IMG/VR virus record: IMGVR_UViG_3300009428_000005
From: an uncultured virus (IMG/VR IMGVR_UViG_3300009428_000005)
Lineage: Duplodnaviria; Heunggongvirae; Uroviricota; Caudoviricetes
DNA: 64,000 nucleotides
Direction: 5' to 3' (one strand)
Shown: positions 59,122 to 64,000 of the stretch, piece after piece
Numbering within the stretch: the first letter of the stretch is position 1
Layout: each line of letters opens with the position of its first letter
The notes under the pieces: model-generated
Told to the model about the DNA's origin: nothing
Seen by the model: only the letters and a program-made list of their open reading frames with translations
The model's database searches: none
Position numbers and translations under genes: made by a program

Positions 59122-59916
59122 ATGGCAACAACAGCAGGAGACATATATGTAAGGTCAGGAACCACAGGAGCATTTACAGCCGTAGAGTACGTACAGGGTG
59201 GATGGATATCTGTGCCTTCTGCTTCCAATATGCTTGCATTAAACGAATCAAGAGTAAAAGACGGTCAAGTAGTGTATGTCCAACACACAAATAAGACATA
59301 TGTTACTAGTAAGTTTGAAGCATTCAGTACTCCAGGATATTCAGGGTTTACTAACTCAGCCTCTTTTGACGAATTTTATTTTCCCTCTGCATCTTCAGGA
59401 ACAGTACCAGCAGGTACAGTATCATCTTCTACTCAAATAGCAGGATCAGGATTCTTGACATCAGCATCTGCAGCAGCAGCAGGCTTTGGTTCTGGAGGAG
59501 GCGGTGGAGGATCTGGTGATATAACAGCAGTTTTTGCTGGAGACGGAATGGCCGGAGGTGGATCTAACGGTAACGTAACATTAAACGTTGATGCAGGCAA
59601 TGGAATAGGAGTATCCGGTGGTGTTAATATACAGACTTCATCTAACCATTTTATTAACGGTGTAGTAGATTTAAGTATTTTCCAAACAACAGGATCTTAT
59701 AAATCTACAACAAACAATATACAAGTAACAGGTTCTCTAACAATAAATCTAGAGGGAAGTACAAATACTTTTGATGTTCTATCAGGTTCAAAATCCCTAT
59801 TTAAAATAGATAATGAAGGCACAGTCCAATTTGTGACTCAATCAGCAATTCCAACAGCTAGAGTTGGAGGAATGTATGTTGATACTTCTGGATCTTTTTT
59901 CATTGGAAGTTTATAA
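59122..59916 (+). CDS. Fibre-associated virion protein
   Basis: Shares GTVSSSTQI..GFLTSASAAAAGFGSG with the previous gene; GDITAV.AG.G motif. Confidence 0.7.
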   Translation: MATTAGDIYVRSGTTGAFTAVEYVQGGWISVPSASNMLALNESRVKDGQVVYVQHTNKTYVTSKFEAFSTPGYSGFTNSASFDEFYFPSASSGTVPAGTVSSSTQIAGSGFLTSASAAAAGFGSGGGGGGSGDITAVFAGDGMAGGGSNGNVTLNVDAGNGIGVSGGVNIQTSSNHFINGVVDLSIFQTTGSYKSTTNNIQVTGSLTINLEGSTNTFDVLSGSKSLFKIDNEGTVQFVTQSAIPTARVGGMYVDTSGSFFIGSL

Positions 59917-59933
59917 TAATGAATAATCTAGCA

Positions 59934-59941
59934 TATTTATA
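59934..59941 (+). promoter_or_regulatory. Putative late promoter TATTTATA
   Basis: Intergenic octamer. Confidence 0.65.
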
Positions 59942-59988
59942 TGAAAGACTTTAATAACAATAATATAACAACTAAACTCGATTAAATT

Positions 59989-61548
59989 ATGGCAACATGG
60001 AAAAAAGTGATCGTATCCGGATCAACTGCCGAATTAGCTAATGTAAAAGTTACAGGTTTATCATCAGGCGTAGTAACAGGAGCTTCAGGCAACCTTACCA
60101 CAACTGCTATAAACGGTACTGGAAATATATTAGGTACTTCAGGAGCAACTGGTGTAAAGTTCAACTCAGGACAATTCACTGGTTCTTTCAAAGGTGACGG
60201 AGCAGGAATCACAGGCATTGGCGCAGATACTGTAGCTAATGCATTAACAGACGGTAATGGTATAAATGACTTTACCTTTAACGGTTCAGGAGCAGTAGCA
60301 ATATCCGTTGACACAGATGGCTCTACTCTAACAGTAGGAGGATCAGGTATAAAAATTGCTGATGACGGTGTTACTAACACACAATTAGCAAATATAACTA
60401 GAGGTAGTATAAAAGTAGGTGGTAGCGCAGATGCTCCAACAGACTTAGTTGCTAAAGCTTCTGGACAAATTTTAGTAGGAAACGGAACAGATGTTGCTTC
60501 AGTAGCAGTTTCAGGAGACGTTACACTAGGAGCAGATGGAGCAGTTACGATAGCAAATGATGCAGTAACAAATGCTAAATTAGCAAATATAACTAGAGGT
60601 AGTATAAAAGTAGGTGGTAACAGTAACGCACCAACAGACTTAGATGCTAAAGCTTCTGGACAAATTTTAGTAGGATCCGGAACAGACATAGCATCAGTTG
60701 CTATATCAGGTGACGCTACACTAGCTTCAAATGGAGTACTTTCTATCGCATCAAGCGTAATAGGAGCAACAGAACTTGATCAAGTATTTACAGACGGTAA
60801 TGGAGTAGCAGGTACATTTGGTACAACTACTTCTATCCCAGCATTAACTATTGATGCTCAAGGTCGTATTACTTCAGCTTCTTTACAAGCTATATCAACT
60901 TCATTTACAATTGCAGGTGATAGTGGAACAGCTAATGCCATAGATGGCGGTGAAACACTTACCATTGAAGGAGACAATTCAATTTCTACAGTAGTATCAG
61001 CTAATAAAGTAACAATTAGTATAGCTAACGGAGTAGTATCTGGATCGTCTATTGCTAAAACAGCTCAAGGTACAGCACAGTTAACAACTAACGGAGTAGC
61101 TGCATCGGCAGTAGGTTTAGGGACAGCAACAGGTGATAAACCTCAATTCGCTGGTGTAACTTTAACATCTCCATCACAAGGAACAGATTTAACACTTTCT
61201 GGTAACTTAGTAGTAAATGGTGATACAACAACTATCAATACTGCTAACTTAAATGTAGAAGATTCATTTATCTTACTTAACTCTGGATCATCTTCAGCAG
61301 CTGATGCAGGATTTGTATTCGCATCTGGATCTAGCGGAAACTCAGGAGCAGCATTCTTCTTTGATTCAACATCAAATAGACTTTCTTATGCTAAGTCAGC
61401 AGCATGGAATGCTACAGCATTAACTCCATCAGCTTATGCTTCTTTAGTTATTGACTCAGGAGCAGGACAAGCCACAGATGATGTTTTAACAGCTAAGAGA
61501 GGAAATATACAAGTAGACGGTAGTGATAATATTTTCATTTACGTTTAA
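59989..61548 (+). CDS. Fibre-like virion protein (WKK.IVSGS family, copy 1)
   Basis: 519 aa Gly/Ser/Thr-rich; internal 65-aa duplication. Confidence 0.75.
   Translation: MATWKKVIVSGSTAELANVKVTGLSSGVVTGASGNLTTTAINGTGNILGTSGATGVKFNSGQFTGSFKGDGAGITGIGADTVANALTDGNGINDFTFNGSGAVAISVDTDGSTLTVGGSGIKIADDGVTNTQLANITRGSIKVGGSADAPTDLVAKASGQILVGNGTDVASVAVSGDVTLGADGAVTIANDAVTNAKLANITRGSIKVGGNSNAPTDLDAKASGQILVGSGTDIASVAISGDATLASNGVLSIASSVIGATELDQVFTDGNGVAGTFGTTTSIPALTIDAQGRITSASLQAISTSFTIAGDSGTANAIDGGETLTIEGDNSISTVVSANKVTISIANGVVSGSSIAKTAQGTAQLTTNGVAASAVGLGTATGDKPQFAGVTLTSPSQGTDLTLSGNLVVNGDTTTINTANLNVEDSFILLNSGSSSAADAGFVFASGSSGNSGAAFFFDSTSNRLSYAKSAAWNATALTPSAYASLVIDSGAGQATDDVLTAKRGNIQVDGSDNIFIYV
60383..60723 (+). 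repeat. In-frame tandem duplication with 195-bp period
   Basis: AATTAGCAAATATAACTAGAGGTAGTATAAAAGTAGGTGGTA is identical at 60383 and 60578, with further near-identity downstream. Confidence 0.9.
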
Positions 61549-61578
61549 TAGGTAACAAGCTAAATTAATCGAGAATAT

Positions 61579-61610
61579 AGTATAAGGGGTCTTAACTGGC
61601 CCCAAATACT
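61579..61610 (+). other. Intergenic hairpin without U-tract
   Basis: AGTAT-AA-GGGGTC-N6-GGCCCC-AA-ATACT. Confidence 0.5.
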
Positions 61611-61638
61611 TACTCAAATAAAAATTAAAATATAAACC

Positions 61639-63132
61639 ATGGCCTGGAAAAAGATAATAGTAAGCGGCTCCTCTGCAGAATTAGGCGCTTTAACAACCAC
61701 AGGACACATTACCAGTTCAGCAAACATAAAGGGAGCTAACTTTATAGGTAATGGTGATTCTTTAACATTTGCATCGAAGACAGTAGTCTCTGGCTCAGGA
61801 CAAATTGATATCCACAATACTACCGGATATGTAGCAAATGAAAATATAGACCACTCATCAGTAACAGTAACTGCAGGTACAGGATTAACTGGAGGTGGAA
61901 CAATAGCAGCAACTAGAACATTAAATGTAGAATCAGCCAACAACGGTATTGTTGCAAATGCTGATAATATTGAATTAGCAACTGCATCTTCAACATTTAC
62001 AGGAGGTGTAACAGCAGTTAACCATGCAGCAAATATAATTTCTGGTGCAGCACAAATATCAGCATTAGGCTTTCTTGATGGAGCTGGAGACGGAATTATC
62101 TCTGGATCTACTCAGGTAGTAGCAAGCTTACTTAATCAAGCAACAAACTTCGGTAATAAACCCGTATCAGCTTCTGCTTTTAAAGGAGACGGTTCAGGGT
62201 TAACTGGCTTAACTGTTGCTCAAGCAGCTACTGTGATAACTGACTTTACAAGTCAAACATCGGTTGCCACTACTCACAACTTCGGTACGAAGAATGTAAT
62301 GGCTACAGTATACGATAATAACGATGCCCAAATCATACCTGCTTCTGTTGTAACCACTAATACTAATGTTGTAACAGTAACTTTTGATTCAAGTACAACT
62401 GGTAGAGTAATTATAGGAAAAGGTGGACATGTAGTATCAGGATCAATTCCTTATGCTAACTTATTAGCCATTCCTGCTAATATTATATCTTCTTCAGCTC
62501 AAACTAAGACGTTTTTGCCAGCAGGTGTAGTATCATCATCCATCCAACTACCTTCAGGTATTGTATCATCTTCAACTCAACTGCCAAGTGGAATTCTTTC
62601 CTCTTCAGCACAAGTTCAAGCAATTGGTACCTTTGTTTCCTCATCAGTTCTCTCTTCACCTTCACAGGGTGTTATCAGAGTAGTTTCTAACGGAGTAACA
62701 ACTAATGCTAATACTGGATTACAAGCAGCAGACGGACCATCATTCGCTGGTTTAACCTTAACAGGAGCAGCAGCAGGTACAAGTTTAACCTTATCAGGAG
62801 ATTTAGTAGTAAATGGGGATACAACAACAGTAAACTCTACTAACTTAATGATCAAAGATAAGTACATATTACTTTCCTCAGGATCAACATCAGCTGGACC
62901 AGGTGGTCTTGTAATAGATGAAGGTTCAAGAAAAGGACATGCATTTGTCTATAATAACTCTTCAGTAAGATTTGGATTTACAAGTTCATTAGCACACAAT
63001 GCAACATCAGCTACACCAGATGCTTTTGCTTCAGCAGTAGTAGATGTAGATGCAGGACATACAGATGTCCCTCAATATCAGAAAAATGGAAACATTAAAA
63101 CCGATAGCGGTGTAATATGGATATATTCATAA
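61639..63132 (+). CDS. Fibre-like virion protein (WKK.IVSGS family, copy 2)
   Basis: Shares N-terminus and the C-terminal LTLSG.LVVNGDTTT...GNI..D..IWIY block with 59989. Confidence 0.75.
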   Translation: MAWKKIIVSGSSAELGALTTTGHITSSANIKGANFIGNGDSLTFASKTVVSGSGQIDIHNTTGYVANENIDHSSVTVTAGTGLTGGGTIAATRTLNVESANNGIVANADNIELATASSTFTGGVTAVNHAANIISGAAQISALGFLDGAGDGIISGSTQVVASLLNQATNFGNKPVSASAFKGDGSGLTGLTVAQAATVITDFTSQTSVATTHNFGTKNVMATVYDNNDAQIIPASVVTTNTNVVTVTFDSSTTGRVIIGKGGHVVSGSIPYANLLAIPANIISSSAQTKTFLPAGVVSSSIQLPSGIVSSSTQLPSGILSSSAQVQAIGTFVSSSVLSSPSQGVIRVVSNGVTTNANTGLQAADGPSFAGLTLTGAAAGTSLTLSGDLVVNGDTTTVNSTNLMIKDKYILLSSGSTSAGPGGLVIDEGSRKGHAFVYNNSSVRFGFTSSLAHNATSATPDAFASAVVDVDAGHTDVPQYQKNGNIKTDSGVIWIYS

Positions 63133-63146
63133 AATTTCTTACTAGA

Positions 63147-63392
63147 ATGGGTCTTATAACTAATGGTAAACGAATAGTAAAAGAGAGAACTGCTCCAAAA
63201 GGAGCAGAACTCAAATCGGATAATAAGGTTGTGGCAGAGCAACTAGCTAAAGCTTCGAAAGATATAGGTAAAGATCATCTCACTGCAGATGAAATAGATT
63301 TTTGTCTAGTTAAACTCCGAGAAGCTACTTATAGCGGTCATGAATTTGAAACTTTTTATAAAGTCTTTGTAAAGTTAACCAAATTAAAATAA
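63147..63392 (+). CDS. Small hypothetical protein (possible fibre chaperone)
   Basis: The ATG at 63147 avoids overlap with the previous gene (the ORF track starts at 63117); followed by a terminator. Confidence 0.55.
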   Translation: MGLITNGKRIVKERTAPKGAELKSDNKVVAEQLAKASKDIGKDHLTADEIDFCLVKLREATYSGHEFETFYKVFVKLTKLK

Positions 63393-63394
63393 TT

Positions 63395-63417
63395 AAAGGC
63401 CTTCGGGCCTTTTTTTT
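63395..63417 (+). terminator. Rho-independent terminator
   Basis: AAAGGCC-TTCG-GGCCTTT plus T tract. Confidence 0.9.
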
Positions 63418-63451
63418 ATTTAAAGTTGTTAAGTTAAAGATATTTTCGTAA

Positions 63452-63459
63452 TATTTATA
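63452..63459 (+). promoter_or_regulatory. Putative late promoter TATTTATA
   Basis: Follows the terminator and precedes the next fibre gene. Confidence 0.7.
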
Positions 63460-63466
63460 TTAAAGC

Positions 63467-63518
63467 TATTATCGGCCTCGTAAGAGGAAGTGGGCTCATT
63501 GAGTAACCAACCATAATA
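63467..63518 (+). ncRNA. Candidate cis-acting three-way-junction RNA in a 5' UTR
   Basis: P1 TATTAT(C)GG/CCATAATA, P2 CCTC-GTAA-GAGG, P3 TGG-GCTC-ATT-GAGT-AA-CCA. Confidence 0.5.
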
Positions 63519-63527
63519 ATAAGTAAA

Positions 63528-64000
63528 ATGCCTAATTGGAAAAAATTAATTACTAGCGGCTCTGCAGCCACTCTAAGTAATCTTAATGTCACTAATGCCG
63601 TAACTGCATCTGCCTACTTAGGAGATGGATCAGCATTAACAGGTATAACCGTAGCTCAGACTGCTACATTATCACAGACATTTTCAAACCAAACATCAGT
63701 AGCAGTAGACCATAACTTCAATACAAGGAATGTTATTATACAAACCTTCGATGATAACAATGCACAGGTAATCCCTGCATCTGTTACATTAACTTCTGTT
63801 ACTAGAGCAACCATAACATTCGACTCTTCTACATCGGGTAGAGTAGTAGTGGCAAAGGGAGGACATATAGTATCTGGTGTAAACGTAGCTCAAACTGCTA
63901 CAATAACGGATACTTTCTCAAGCCAAACATCAGTAGCAACGTCTCATAATTTTGATACTAAAAATGTACTAGTTACCGTTTATGATTCTAATGATGCACA
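63528..64000 (+). CDS. Fibre-like virion protein (WKK family, copy 3), truncated by the window end
   Basis: Hand-translated MPNWKKLITSGSAATL...; open to the end; tandem VAQTAT...QTSVA..HNF.T.NV modules also present in 61639. Confidence 0.8.
   Translation, partial: MPNWKKLITSGSAATLSNLNVTNAVTASAYLGDGSALTGITVAQTATLSQTFSNQTSVAVDHNFNTRNVIIQTFDDNNAQVIPASVTLTSVTRATITFDSSTSGRVVVAKGGHIVSGVNVAQTATITDTFSSQTSVATSHNFDTKNVLVTVYDSNDA

Noticed and set aside
60383..60723. Diversity-generating retroelement TR/VR pair
   Set aside because: Both copies are in frame inside one ORF, the differences are not confined to adenines, and there is no reverse transcriptase in the window.
5880..62867. Many minus-strand and nested ORFs in the track (e.g. 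6973-7473, 10788-11237, 25750-26157, 47638-47988, 59982-60689)
   Set aside because: They are shadows of long plus-strand genes with recognisable motifs and have no independent signals.
1..64000. Alternative genetic code (stop-codon reassignment)
   Set aside because: Coding density is high under the standard code, and TAA, TAG and TGA all end conserved genes at sensible positions.

Overview
A 64-kb AT-rich piece of a large tailed dsDNA phage with T4-like (myovirus-type) head, neck and baseplate genes. The host is probably Bacteroidota: promoters resemble TTG-N19/20-TAnnTTTG, Shine-Dalgarno sites are not evident, and one lipoprotein has a Bacteroidota-type export signal. Layout: (1) 1-5.9 kb, early/regulatory region with repeats, a leftward operon of tiny ORFs, a candidate structured RNA, an HD protein and a gp55-like late sigma factor. 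(2) 5.9-22.3 kb, baseplate and fibre genes. (3) 22.4-39.4 kb, accessory block with primase, exonuclease, a kinase/nucleotidyltransferase/HAD trio and many ORFs sharing an N-terminal MKLxx(I/L)(I/L)xE leader. (4) 39.4-53.6 kb, terminase, portal, core, protease, scaffold, major capsid, PhoH, neck and tail terminator. (5) 53.6-64 kb, giant Ser/Thr/Gly-rich fibre/adhesin genes. Best leads: a putative protease-cleaved head-cargo/polyprotein system; a ~140-nt structured RNA with its own promoter (2263-2403, minus strand); a TATTTATA late promoter, the reverse complement of T4's; TCTAAAGA repeat clusters around an RHH-like gene; and a three-way-junction 5' leader at 63467-63518. All calls come from reading motifs by eye. 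No database search or folding program was run.
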